From an uncultured Acidobacteriota bacterium (GTDB lineage: Bacteria > Acidobacteriota > Terriglobia > Terriglobales > Acidobacteriaceae), in contig CAVREL010000055.1 in the NCBI GenBank assembly GCA_963720105.1, positions 32,903 to 96,902 on the forward strand: a stretch of 64,000 nucleotides of DNA. Reading direction: 5' to 3'. How positions within the stretch are numbered: the first letter of the stretch is position 1; each line of letters starts with the position of its first letter. Both the position numbers and the translations under genes were made by a program. A model generated the notes under the pieces. The model did no database searches and had not been told where the DNA came from. It worked only from the letters and a program-made list of their open reading frames with translations. Below are positions 11,414-20,470 of this stretch, piece after piece.

Positions 11414-11582
11414 GGGAACAAGGGACCGAGGGAACCAGGGAACGAGGGACCAAGGGAACAAGGGACCGAGAAACCGCACCCAGCCAAACAGGTTGATCCG
11501 GGTTTCTTCAAGCTATGCGGGAGTGCCGGTGATGCCCTAAGTCCCTTGTTCCCTTGGTCCCTCGGTCCCTTGTTCCCTGTTC
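11414..11582. repeat. Inverted octamer arrays (GGGAMCRA)7 ... (TYGKTCCC)5
   Basis: G-rich array at 11414-11469 and complementary C-rich array at 11541-11582. Confidence 0.9.
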
Positions 11583-11624
11583 TTTTGCTCTCTTTTCCAC
11601 CTTGACGGCATCTATAATATTTGT

Positions 11625-12629
11625 ATGCCGAAGTTTTCGATCGTTGTTCCCTTCCATAACGAAGAAGAGAACGTGACCGCCCTATACGCGCGCCTGAAAC
11701 AGATCATGGAGCAGGTGGGCGAAACCTTTGAGCTGGTCCTGGTGGATGACGGCTCCAGCGACCGCACCTACAAGCTGCTGGAAGAGATCGCCGCGGTCGA
11801 CAGCCGGGTGCTGGTGGTCAAGCTGCGCCGCAACTTCGGGCAGACGTCGGCGCTGGCCGCGGGCTTCGATCACGCCACGGGCGAGTACGTGATTTCCATG
11901 GACGGCGACCTGCAGCACGATCCCAACGAGATTCCCAATTTCATTGAGAAGCTGGCCGAGGGCTACGACGTGGTTTCCGGGTGGCGCAAGGAGCGCATCG
12001 ACAACTTCGTCCTGCGCCGCATCCCGTCGCGCTGCGCCAACTGGCTGATGGCCAAACTGTCAGGCGTTGACATTCACGATTTCGGCACAACGTTCAAGGC
12101 GTACCGCCGCGAGGTCATCCAGAACATCCCTCTCTACGGCGAGATGCACCGCTTCATCCCGGCCCTGGCCAGCTGGTACGGCGCGTCGATCTGCGAGATT
12201 CCCATCCGCAACGTGATGCGGCAGAGGGGCAAGAGCCACTACGGCATCGGCCGCACCTTCCGGGTCTTTTTCGACCTGCTGACGATTCGGTTTCTGCTCA
12301 AGTACATGAGCCGGCCGCTGCACTTCTTCGGCAGCTTCGGCGCGCTGGGCATCATGGCCGGCAGCATTATCTCCGCCATCCTGCTGGCGCTGAAGATCAT
12401 GCATCCGCACCAGAGCGTAATGGATCAGCATGGACCGATGTTCGTAATCGGCGGCGTGCTGATCCTGGCCGGGATCCAGATGCTGGCCATCGGCCTGCTG
12501 GGCGAGCTGCAGGTGCGCCATTACTATACGAACCAGCAGCGCACGCCGTATGCGATCGACCGGCTGGTGCGGCTGCGCGGCTCCGAAGAGTCCAACATTT
12601 TGACCGACCGGACGGACGGGAATTACTGA
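11625..12629 (+). CDS. GT2 polyprenol-phosphate glycosyltransferase (ArnC/GtrB-like)
   Basis: VVPFHNEE, VDDGSSD, RNFGQ, MDGDLQHDP and two C-terminal TM helices. Confidence 0.9.
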   Translation: MPKFSIVVPFHNEEENVTALYARLKQIMEQVGETFELVLVDDGSSDRTYKLLEEIAAVDSRVLVVKLRRNFGQTSALAAGFDHATGEYVISMDGDLQHDPNEIPNFIEKLAEGYDVVSGWRKERIDNFVLRRIPSRCANWLMAKLSGVDIHDFGTTFKAYRREVIQNIPLYGEMHRFIPALASWYGASICEIPIRNVMRQRGKSHYGIGRTFRVFFDLLTIRFLLKYMSRPLHFFGSFGALGIMAGSIISAILLALKIMHPHQSVMDQHGPMFVIGGVLILAGIQMLAIGLLGELQVRHYYTNQQRTPYAIDRLVRLRGSEESNILTDRTDGNY

Positions 12630-12635
12630 GAAGCA

Positions 12636-12828
12636 GGGACCGAGGGAACAAGGGACCGAGGGAACAAGGGACCAAGAAAACAGAGGCCCGGGAGCGAGAT
12701 TGCTCGTCGGGCCTTTTGCTTTGGGATAGTGCGATCCGGAATTGGACTGGCCGCCGCCTCGTCTTTGTTCGCTCGTTCCCTCGGTCCCTTGGTCCCTTGG
12801 TACCTCGGTCCCTTGGTCCCTCGTTCCC
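12636..12828. repeat. Inverted octamer arrays with a terminator-like hairpin between them
   Basis: G-rich 12636-12675, then AGGCCCG..CGGGCCTTTTG hairpin, then C-rich 12773-12828. Confidence 0.9.
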
Positions 12829-12871
12829 TCTACTTGCAGTAAGGCGGCCTCTCGTAGCATCCTTGCCTGTT

Positions 12872-13840
12872 ATGAAAGCCATCCAGATTCAAGCCACGGG
12901 CGGGCCGGAAGTGCTCGAAATGGCGGAACTGCCGATTCCTGTTCCCGGACCCGGCCAGGTGCTGATCCGCATCGAAGCCATCGGCGTCAACTTCATCGAG
13001 ATCTACTTCCGCAAGGGGACGTACAAGGCGGCGCTGCCGCTGATTCCCGGCAGCGAGGCCGCAGGCACCATCGAGGAGCTTGGCAGCGGGGTCAACGGCT
13101 TCAAGGCCGGCGACCTGGTGGCGTCAGTTGCGGTGGCGGGCAGTTACGCGGAGTATGCGCTGGCGCCCGCGGCCCAGGTGGTGAAGGTTCCCGAAGGCGT
13201 CAGCCCCGAGAAAGCCGCCGCCGCGATGCTGCAGGGCATGACTGCGCATTACCTGGCCTATTCGACTTACCCCCTCAAGGCGGGCGAAACGGCGCTGGTG
13301 CACGCCGGCGCGGGTGGCGTGGGGCTGCTGCTGACGCAAATGGCCAAACGGCTGGGGGCGCGGGTCATCACCACCGTCTCCAGCGAAGCCAAAGCCGAGT
13401 TGTCGCGCGAGGCCGGCGCCTCCGATGTCATCAATTACAGCGAGCAGGATTTTGAAGCCGAAGTCAAACGCCTCACCCACGGCAAGGGTGTGGACGTGGT
13501 GTACGACTCGGTGGGCAAGACGACGTTTGACAAGAGCCTGAATTGCCTGCGCCCGCGCGGTCTGCTGGCGCTGTTTGGCGGATCGAGCGGGCCGGTGCCG
13601 CCGTTCGACCTGATTCAGCTCAGCGGCAAGGGCTCACTGTTCATCACCCGGCCGACGCTGTGGCACTACGTGGCTACGCGCGCCGAGCTCGAATGGCGCG
13701 CCGGCGACGTGCTGGGGTGGGCCGCCAGCGGCGAACTGAAGCTGCGCACCGAGCACGTGTATTCGCTCACCGACGCCGCCCAGGCCCAGACGGACATGGA
13801 ATCGCGTAAGACGACAGGGAAGATTTTGCTGGAGCCGTGA
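12872..13840 (+). CDS. qor: NADPH:quinone oxidoreductase (zeta-crystallin type)
   Basis: GGPEVL, IGVNFIE, HAGAGGVG, YDSVGK and TTGKILL. Confidence 0.9.
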   Translation: MKAIQIQATGGPEVLEMAELPIPVPGPGQVLIRIEAIGVNFIEIYFRKGTYKAALPLIPGSEAAGTIEELGSGVNGFKAGDLVASVAVAGSYAEYALAPAAQVVKVPEGVSPEKAAAAMLQGMTAHYLAYSTYPLKAGETALVHAGAGGVGLLLTQMAKRLGARVITTVSSEAKAELSREAGASDVINYSEQDFEAEVKRLTHGKGVDVVYDSVGKTTFDKSLNCLRPRGLLALFGGSSGPVPPFDLIQLSGKGSLFITRPTLWHYVATRAELEWRAGDVLGWAASGELKLRTEHVYSLTDAAQAQTDMESRKTTGKILLEP

Positions 13841-13845
13841 AAGAC

Positions 13846-13919
13846 AGCTTTTAGCTCTTAGCTGTTAGCTTTTAGCTTCTTCGTTTCGCTAACAGCTAAA
13901 AGCTATTAGCTAAAAGCTG
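13846..13919. repeat. Inverted heptamer arrays (TAGCTYT)n ... (AGCTAAA)n
   Basis: AGCTTTTAGCTCTTAGCTGTTAGCTTTTAGC followed by GCTAACAGCTAAAAGCTATTAGCTAAAAGCT. Confidence 0.85.
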
Positions 13920-13928
13920 GCATTTGAC

Positions 13929-14651
13929 ATGGACACAATCACCATCGGCCGCTCCGACCGCGTCTTTGTGCTCACCGGTGCGGGGATCAGCGCCGAAAGC
14001 GGGCTGCCGACGTTTCGCGCCTCCGATGGGCTGTGGGCGGGTCATCGCATCGAAGAGGTCTGTACGCCCGAGGCGCTGGAGGCTAATCCCTGGCTGGTAT
14101 GGCAGTTCTATTCCATGCGCCGTGCCGATTGCGCAAAAGCGCAGCCGAACCCGGCGCACATCGCCCTGGCCGATCTCGAAGCAAAGTTGGGCGACCGCTT
14201 CTTTCTGTGCACGCAAAATGTCGACGACCTGCACGAGCGTGCCGGCTCCCGCCGGCTGGTGCACATGCATGGTGAGCTGGCCAAATCGCGCTGCGAAGAC
14301 GAGTGCGGCCGCCCGCCCATCGAGGATCGCGCCGTCTACCAGAGCCTGGATGAAGTGGCTCGCTGTGCATGCGGCGCACGCCTTCGCCCGCACATTTGCT
14401 TCTTCGGCGAAATGCCTTTCGACATGCCGCGGATCGAGCGGGAGATTGCGCAAGCCTCGATGATGCTGGTGATCGGCACATCGGGCTCCGTGTATCCCGC
14501 TGCCAGTTTCGTTAACTGGGCGCGGCACGGCGGCGCGCGTACCGTCTACATCGGCCCCGAGCATCCGCTGAATGCGTCGGCATTCACGAACATCGTGGAA
14601 GGTAAGGCGGGCGAGGTGATGCCGGGGTTGTTCGAGGTGGAACAGAAGTAG
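13929..14651 (+). CDS. cobB: NAD-dependent protein deacylase (sirtuin)
   Basis: TGAGISAESGLPTFR, TQNVDDLH, HMHG and GTSGSVYPAA. Confidence 0.93.
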   Translation: MDTITIGRSDRVFVLTGAGISAESGLPTFRASDGLWAGHRIEEVCTPEALEANPWLVWQFYSMRRADCAKAQPNPAHIALADLEAKLGDRFFLCTQNVDDLHERAGSRRLVHMHGELAKSRCEDECGRPPIEDRAVYQSLDEVARCACGARLRPHICFFGEMPFDMPRIEREIAQASMMLVIGTSGSVYPAASFVNWARHGGARTVYIGPEHPLNASAFTNIVEGKAGEVMPGLFEVEQK

Positions 14652-14862
14652 GGACCAAGGGACCGAGGGACCAAGGAACCAAGGGACCGAGGGACCAAGG
14701 AACCAAGGGACCAAGGGACCAAGGGACCAAGGGACCAAGGAACCAAGGAACAAGGGACCGAGGGACCAAGAAAACGGTCGCCTTCCCGGACTCCACCGTT
14801 TCGCCGATCTAGAAACGGTCTTGGTCTTCTTGTTCCCTTGGTCCCTTGTTACCTCGTTCCCG
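14651..14862. repeat. About 15-unit G-rich octamer array plus a short C-rich counterpart between convergent genes
   Basis: GGGACCAA/GGGACCGA/GGAACCAA units at 14651-14769. TTGTTCCC-type units at 14820-14862. Confidence 0.92.
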
Positions 14863-14867
14863 GTTTT

Positions 14868-17171
14868 TCAGAAATGAAACCTGTACCGCAGCTCCGCCGA
14901 GACCATGCGCGGATCGTTGTAGTGAAATCCGCCAATGGTCACTGAGTTATCCAGCAGCACCCGATGATTGGTCACATTGATCACGCTCGCGGACAGCTTC
15001 AAATGCTCGCCCAGCGAGTGCCCGGCGGACACATCGAAGGTGGTATGCACGGGCAGATAGTTGCCCTGGTAAGGCCCGACTCCCGATCCCCCCAACCCAT
15101 TGTGGAACCCGGAGCCGTAATACACATTGGTGGAAAACCAGGTGTGCAAGGGCAGATTCGCAGTGAACCCCGCGTTCAGCGTTTGCCGCTGGTCGTGATC
15201 TACCGGGGTGTAATCGAATCCATGGTTGCAGACGGGGTCGTTGGGATCGCTGCAGGCAAAGCCGCCAATTACGTTGCCGCGCTGTTCGGCGATCTGGTTT
15301 GCATAGGCTAGGTGGAACTGTCCGAAGTGGGCCAATTGCGGAGAGCGCAGCGTCATCTCCCAGGCGCGCACCAGGGCGCCATCGACGGCGATGGGGAAGT
15401 AAATGTTGGACTCGCCAACGTTGGAGTGGTCGAGAAAATTGTTGACCCGGTTTTTGAAGTTGTCTACGTCCAGCACCCAGCCCTTGTAGGGAATTTCAAT
15501 CCCGAACTGATGTTCCTCGTCGCGCTCCGAAGGCAGCGGCACGAAGGCATTCTCGCTCGCTTGGCTGGTGACGTAATTCAGAAACCCGCTGGACACGGTC
15601 TCGACCGGCGCCGGTTGGAAGAAGCGCCCATAGAAGCCGCGCAGCACCCAGTGCAGCCGGGGAATCTCGGCCGTCGCACCGATACGGGGATAAGCCGCGC
15701 TCTCGTTGAATCCGCTATGGAAACTGGAGAAGCGCATGCCGCCCAACAGCGTAATGTAGCGGCCCACGCGCAGGTGGTCGGAGAGGTGGAACTCGACCAG
15801 GCCTGCATTCGCCGACGAGGTGGTGTTGGGAACCGAGTTGGCGACATAGCTCTGGTCATTGATGATCAGGCCGAAGAGGTCGTTTTCAGCCTGGTAGAAC
15901 GAATAAATCCCCGCGGAAAAGTTGTTGGGTCCGGCCTCGGCGCGGGCATCGGCCTGAGCCCCGGCGTAATTCGAAGTCTGATGCCAGGTGGTGGCCACGG
16001 GTAAGTCAGTAGAGCGCGCGTCGTAGTTGGATTGATTGAAGTGATAAAACGGAGCCACCGTGAAGAGCGCCTTGGGCGAGATGGTGTGTACCCAGTTGGC
16101 GATGACGAAGGAGTCCCGCTCGGTCTGGCCGTCGCGCAGCCCCGTGGAGCAGTAATAGCCGGACGCGCACTCGTAGTCGTTCGGGTCAGGGTCAAACGGA
16201 ATCTGGAAGAAATCCTGCCGGTATTGGGCGTCCAGCCGTAATTGGTCCTTGGGCGTCTGGTTGCGGATCAGGGAAGCAAAGCCGCTCTGCGAGTTGGTTG
16301 CGTCGTGGTCGATGGAAGCTATCGGGGTGGCGAGGCCGTAGTTGGAGCGGGAGCCGGTGAGACTGGCATACCAGGCTGTCTGCCCGGTGTGGTCTCCCAG
16401 CGAGAGCTGCGCTTCCCCGGTGTAGAGGTTGCCCCCTGAGACGAGAAGTTCACCATCGCGGTTGCGCTCAAATCCGTTACGCGGAAGCACGTCGAAGACG
16501 CCATAGGTGCGATCGCCCACGTCCGCCATGTAACTGCCGCGCTGGGTCTCCAATTCGTCGATGTCCTTGGGATCGATCTGCGGTCCAACGTTGGAGGCGA
16601 TTTTGGTATTGGGAATCTGGATGCCATCGATGAGCCAACTGGTCTGGTGGCCGCCGCGCATGTGCAGCATGTCGTGTGTCATGTAGGCGCCGGGCACGTA
16701 GTCGGTGATCATCTCCATGCCCAGGGTGCGGCTGGCGCCGGGAGTCTCCTCGATCATGTCGCGGCTGATGAGCGTGGTCGGCGTCGCAGAATCTGTAGCC
16801 ACGGTGCTTTCCAGCCCTTGCACTTTGACTGTCTCGCTGGACGCGGCAACGGCGAGCGCGATATGGAGCACGGGATTGGTGCCCGAAGCGACGCCGATGG
16901 TTTCGGTGAAAGTGGCAAACCCGGTGGTCGCGATTTCCAGTTGATAGACGCCCAGCGGCGCTTCAGGCAAATTGAATTCTCCGCTGCTGTCGGTGTCGGT
17001 GTGCAGCGAGAACTGCGAAGCGACCGCTTTGAGCACGACATGCGCGCCGGCGACGGGGTGGTGTTGGGGATCGTGCACCACGCCGTGGACGGTCGCGAAG
17101 ACGGTAGCGCGCGCGTAAACAGATGCGGCGATGAGAACTGCAGTGACAAGCCAGTGAGAGGGGCGCAACAT
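14868..17171 (-). CDS. TonB-dependent receptor with N-terminal carboxypeptidase-regulatory-like domain
   Basis: Signal peptide, GVVHDPQHHPVAGAHV domain, plug with HMRGG..IDG, C-terminal LRYRFHF. GGAGG RBS before ATG 17171. Confidence 0.9.
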   Translation of the reverse strand: MLRPSHWLVTAVLIAASVYARATVFATVHGVVHDPQHHPVAGAHVVLKAVASQFSLHTDTDSSGEFNLPEAPLGVYQLEIATTGFATFTETIGVASGTNPVLHIALAVAASSETVKVQGLESTVATDSATPTTLISRDMIEETPGASRTLGMEMITDYVPGAYMTHDMLHMRGGHQTSWLIDGIQIPNTKIASNVGPQIDPKDIDELETQRGSYMADVGDRTYGVFDVLPRNGFERNRDGELLVSGGNLYTGEAQLSLGDHTGQTAWYASLTGSRSNYGLATPIASIDHDATNSQSGFASLIRNQTPKDQLRLDAQYRQDFFQIPFDPDPNDYECASGYYCSTGLRDGQTERDSFVIANWVHTISPKALFTVAPFYHFNQSNYDARSTDLPVATTWHQTSNYAGAQADARAEAGPNNFSAGIYSFYQAENDLFGLIINDQSYVANSVPNTTSSANAGLVEFHLSDHLRVGRYITLLGGMRFSSFHSGFNESAAYPRIGATAEIPRLHWVLRGFYGRFFQPAPVETVSSGFLNYVTSQASENAFVPLPSERDEEHQFGIEIPYKGWVLDVDNFKNRVNNFLDHSNVGESNIYFPIAVDGALVRAWEMTLRSPQLAHFGQFHLAYANQIAEQRGNVIGGFACSDPNDPVCNHGFDYTPVDHDQRQTLNAGFTANLPLHTWFSTNVYYGSGFHNGLGGSGVGPYQGNYLPVHTTFDVSAGHSLGEHLKLSASVINVTNHRVLLDNSVTIGGFHYNDPRMVSAELRYRFHF

Positions 17172-17348
17172 ACAACTGACCTCCGGGAAGTTGTGCAGGA
17201 CGAAGGCGTGCGTGAAGATGAATTCAGGTTTTTCGCGCCGCGTTCGCCGCATTCACCGCAACCGGATCGAACCTTGCGATAAGAACTGGTCTCGCCGCGC
17301 ATCCTGGGTGCGGGCAACGACAGGGAAATGAAGGGCGATCCGGAAGAA

Positions 17349-17723
17349 TCAGGCGAGGACGGAGGGAGGAGGGCCGCGATCAAGCTGCGCGCGCATCCTT
17401 CCGGCCCGGGCAGCTTCGCGGCGCGCCACGCGCGTATACGTGCCTGCGGCCAAAGCCGGCCAGTCCGCGGGTGCGGCGGCCGTGTTCAATATGGGAGAAA
17501 CCGTGACCGGCAGTGCGGCAGGGAACTGTGGACAATGCGAGGGCGCGGAGAAAGCCGGTCCCGAGGCATCATTCTGCGATGCGTCATCGCTCATGGCGCA
17601 GTGGTGCGCGCCCGCCCGCCGGCAGCAGAACGGGAGCCGCACATCTCCCGCTTCCGGCATCAGGGCGGCTAATGCCGGCAGCCAGAGAAGCAGAATCAGC
17701 GAGATGGAGAGAACGCGCCGCAT
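17349..17723 (-). CDS. DUF2946-like Cys/His-rich leader protein ending in RGPP
   Basis: Signal-like N-terminus, CCRRAGAHHC, HCPQFP and C-terminal DRGPPP, directly upstream of the TonB-dependent receptor. Confidence 0.75.
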   Translation of the reverse strand: MRRVLSISLILLLWLPALAALMPEAGDVRLPFCCRRAGAHHCAMSDDASQNDASGPAFSAPSHCPQFPAALPVTVSPILNTAAAPADWPALAAGTYTRVARREAARAGRMRAQLDRGPPPSVLA

Positions 17724-17839
17724 GGTTGCGATCGTGAACCGATCATGCCATAGCTTTCGATGTCCGGCAATCCCTAGATTGCCTCAGGTATGATCGGGCT
17801 ATAGTACTTTTTTCATACGCTGAACGCGAGGGTAGGACT

Positions 17840-19147
17840 TTGTCGGAAGTCAATGTGCCATTACCGCCGGGCGCCGAAGTCGTTTCGTCCGAACACGATC
17901 GCCGGCGGCTGGCGCCGCTGCGCGTGGCCATCTTCGGCTTTGGCACCGTGGGCAGTTCGGTGGCGCGGATCCTGGTTGACTCGGCCCCTGCGGGACTCCA
18001 TTTGACGCACGTTTTCAATCGCCGCGTGGAGCGCAAGCGCGTGAACTGGACCGGGTCAGACGTGGTGTGGACCGAGGATCTGGACACGGTGCTCAACTCC
18101 GATGCGGACGTGATCGTGGAATTGGTGGGCGGGCTCGATCCGGCGGGCACGTGGGTGCGGCGCGCCCTGGAAGCCGGCAAAAGCGTGGTGACCGCCAACA
18201 AGAAGCTCATCGCGTTCCATGGCGCGGAACTCGAACAGCTGGCCGCGTCCAAGGGCGGCCACCTGAAATACGGCGCCGCGGTAGCGGGAGGCATTCCGGT
18301 GATTCCCGGGCTCGAGCAGGGCCTGGCCGGCGACCGCATCGAGCGCATCGAGGGCATCCTCAACGGCACCTGCAATTTCATCCTCAGCAAAATGGAGGAA
18401 GGCGCCGAGTACGCCACCGTGCTGGCCACCGCCCAGGCCAAGGGCTATGCCGAGGCCGATCCCACCGAAGACGTGGGCGGCTTCGATGCTCGCGCCAAGC
18501 TCGCCATTCTCATGCGGCTGGCGCTGCGGGTTGAGGTCGATCCGGAAGAGATCGTGCCCCGGTCGATCACCTCCATCTCCGCGGTCGACTTCAGCTACGC
18601 GCAATATCTGGGTTGCACCATCAGGCAAGTATCGCGGGCCGAAAAGACCGACGGGACGGTCGCGGCTACGGTCGGCCCCATGCTGGTGGACCAGCGCTCG
18701 CCCCTGGCCTGGTCGCGGGGTACGGAAAACATGGTGGTCGTCAGCGGCCACTACGGCGGCAACGTGGTTTTCTCGGGGCACGGCGCGGGCGGACATCCGA
18801 CGGCCGTCGCGGTGGTGAGCGACCTGATTGCCCTGGCTCACCGCTCGCGCCGGGTGGAAATTCCGTCGGTGCCCGCGAATGTGGCCGCGGAATTCGAGGT
18901 GCCGCATTACATCCGGTTCCTGGTGGATGACCGGCCGGGCATCGTGGCCGAGATTACCGGTTCGCTGGCCAGGGAGCGCATCAACATTCGCGCCATCGTG
19001 CAGAAGCCCGGTTATCCCCAGCACGCGCTGCCGTTCGTGGTCACGGTGGAACCGTGCAAGTCGTCCGCGCTGCAGCGGGCGCTGGAGCGCATCCGATCAA
19101 TGCCGTGTCTGCTGGAGCCGCCGCTGGATCTCCAGATGCTGGAGTAA
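17840..19147 (+). CDS. hom: Homoserine dehydrogenase with C-terminal ACT domain
   Basis: GFGTVG, VVTANK, AVAGGIP, GILNGTCNFIL, GYAEADP and DDRPG ACT motif. Confidence 0.93.
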   Translation: MSEVNVPLPPGAEVVSSEHDRRRLAPLRVAIFGFGTVGSSVARILVDSAPAGLHLTHVFNRRVERKRVNWTGSDVVWTEDLDTVLNSDADVIVELVGGLDPAGTWVRRALEAGKSVVTANKKLIAFHGAELEQLAASKGGHLKYGAAVAGGIPVIPGLEQGLAGDRIERIEGILNGTCNFILSKMEEGAEYATVLATAQAKGYAEADPTEDVGGFDARAKLAILMRLALRVEVDPEEIVPRSITSISAVDFSYAQYLGCTIRQVSRAEKTDGTVAATVGPMLVDQRSPLAWSRGTENMVVVSGHYGGNVVFSGHGAGGHPTAVAVVSDLIALAHRSRRVEIPSVPANVAAEFEVPHYIRFLVDDRPGIVAEITGSLARERINIRAIVQKPGYPQHALPFVVTVEPCKSSALQRALERIRSMPCLLEPPLDLQMLE

Positions 19148-19149
19148 CA

Positions 19150-19181
19150 GGGACCAAGGGACCGAGGGACCGAGGGAGCAA
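19150..19181 (+). repeat. Four-unit G-rich octamer array
   Basis: GGGACCAA GGGACCGA GGGACCGA GGGAGCAA directly after the hom stop. Confidence 0.85.
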
Positions 19182-19217
19182 GAAAGCAAAAGCAATAAGC
19201 TACGTTGAGAGGTTGGA

Positions 19218-19433
19218 GTGATAGAGACAAGTTATCGATGTGAAATCTGCGGCGAGGAGAGCCAGAACCCGGTGCGGTGGATTGTCATTCATTGCAGCGA
19301 TGCGAAATTGACGGTCTTCAAGTGGGACAAGGAAGCCGCCGACCAGCGCGGGGCGCGCCACTACTGCGGCGAAGCCCACGCCCAGATCTATATCAGCCGC
19401 TGGTTCCAGTCCTTTTGTGGCGCGAAGAGATGA
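19218..19433 (+). CDS. Small putative zinc-binding protein (71 aa)
   Basis: CEIC..HYCGEAH pattern and GAGG RBS. Confidence 0.7.
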   Translation: MIETSYRCEICGEESQNPVRWIVIHCSDAKLTVFKWDKEAADQRGARHYCGEAHAQIYISRWFQSFCGAKR

Positions 19434-19531
19434 TGATTGGGTTTGAACGACGATATCGAGCGGGAGATTGTTTTGAAAGGGCACGATTTTAATCGTGCCG
19501 GTCAGGTATGCATTGAGGAGCTGCGGCTTCA

Positions 19532-19661
19532 GAGTGTGCGTGAGAACTCGTTCCGGGCGTGGAATCCGCTATTTTTGATGACAAAAAACAGCAAGTCAGC
19601 GCCGCTGCGCGGCATAGCGAGTCAGCAAGTCAGCGCGAAAGTCCAGTTCTCACGCAAACAC
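19532..19661 (+). mobile_element. Complete MITE-like element inserted in a REP, with TTCA duplication
   Basis: GCGGC-TTCA-[GAGTGTGCGTGAGAACT...AGTTCTCACGCAAACAC]-TTCA-GCCC. Confidence 0.78.
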
Positions 19662-19942
19662 TTCAGCCCTGGGCAGGGGTTTCGGTCCTGAACATCCCTC
19701 GGCGCTAAAGCCGAAGCCAATGGGGACCGATGCGGCACGGCTGAAGCCGTGCCCTTTCAAAACTATCCCAACCGATGCTTCACGATGTCAGTTCCATCGG
19801 GCTCCATCTTCAAATGTTACAAATGTGTTAAAATCAGCCGGGTAAGGAGTTGGCTCTGACGACTTAGGACATTTTCACGACTACTTCTGGCCCCCATACT
19901 ATTCGGAAAATGCGATAGGTTCCCCGCCGGATCTGAATTTCC

Positions 19943-20470
19943 ATGAACCTTTATCTTATGCGTCACGCGAACGCCGGTCTGAGTCGCGTGAATCCTCTGC
20001 TCGACAACAAGCGCGGACTGATCAAGGAAGGCAAAGAACAGTGTGTGCTGATGGCGCGCGTGTTGAGCGCGCTCAACGTGCAGATCGAGGTAATCGTATC
20101 CAGCCCATTGAAGCGCGCCCTGCAGACGGCACAATTCGTGGGCACCGAGCTGGGCTTTGATTCCAAGGTGGAAATCAGCCCCGCGCTGGCGCCCGACGCC
20201 GGCTACCCGGCCTTCCAGGACCTGCTGGCGAAATATGCCGACCGCGAAGGGGTGCTCGCCGTGGGCCACAATCCCAGCCTCTTTCAGTTCCTTGGCCGGC
20301 TGGTCACGGGCAACGGCGGCGCCAACATCCGCATGCGCAAGGCCGCGGTGGCGCGGGTCGACCTGGACCGCCATCCGCCGCAGTTGCAGTGGGTCATCGA
20401 TCCGCGCAACGTGCGCGCCGTCTATGCTAGCGTGGGAAAGAGCTCGCGCCCGAAGACTTCGCGGAAATAA
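19943..20470 (+). CDS. sixA: Phosphohistidine phosphatase
   Basis: LYLMRHA, SSPLKRALQTA and VGHNP. Confidence 0.88.
   Translation: MNLYLMRHANAGLSRVNPLLDNKRGLIKEGKEQCVLMARVLSALNVQIEVIVSSPLKRALQTAQFVGTELGFDSKVEISPALAPDAGYPAFQDLLAKYADREGVLAVGHNPSLFQFLGRLVTGNGGANIRMRKAAVARVDLDRHPPQLQWVIDPRNVRAVYASVGKSSRPKTSRK

Noticed and set aside
14651..14769. Octamer arrays as CRISPR or as coding repeats (ORFs such as 13896-14753, 59217-59423 and the N-terminal extension of 51455-53386)
   Set aside because: There are no spacers. The LVPWSLGP-type ORFs are open only because the 8-mer lacks stop codons.
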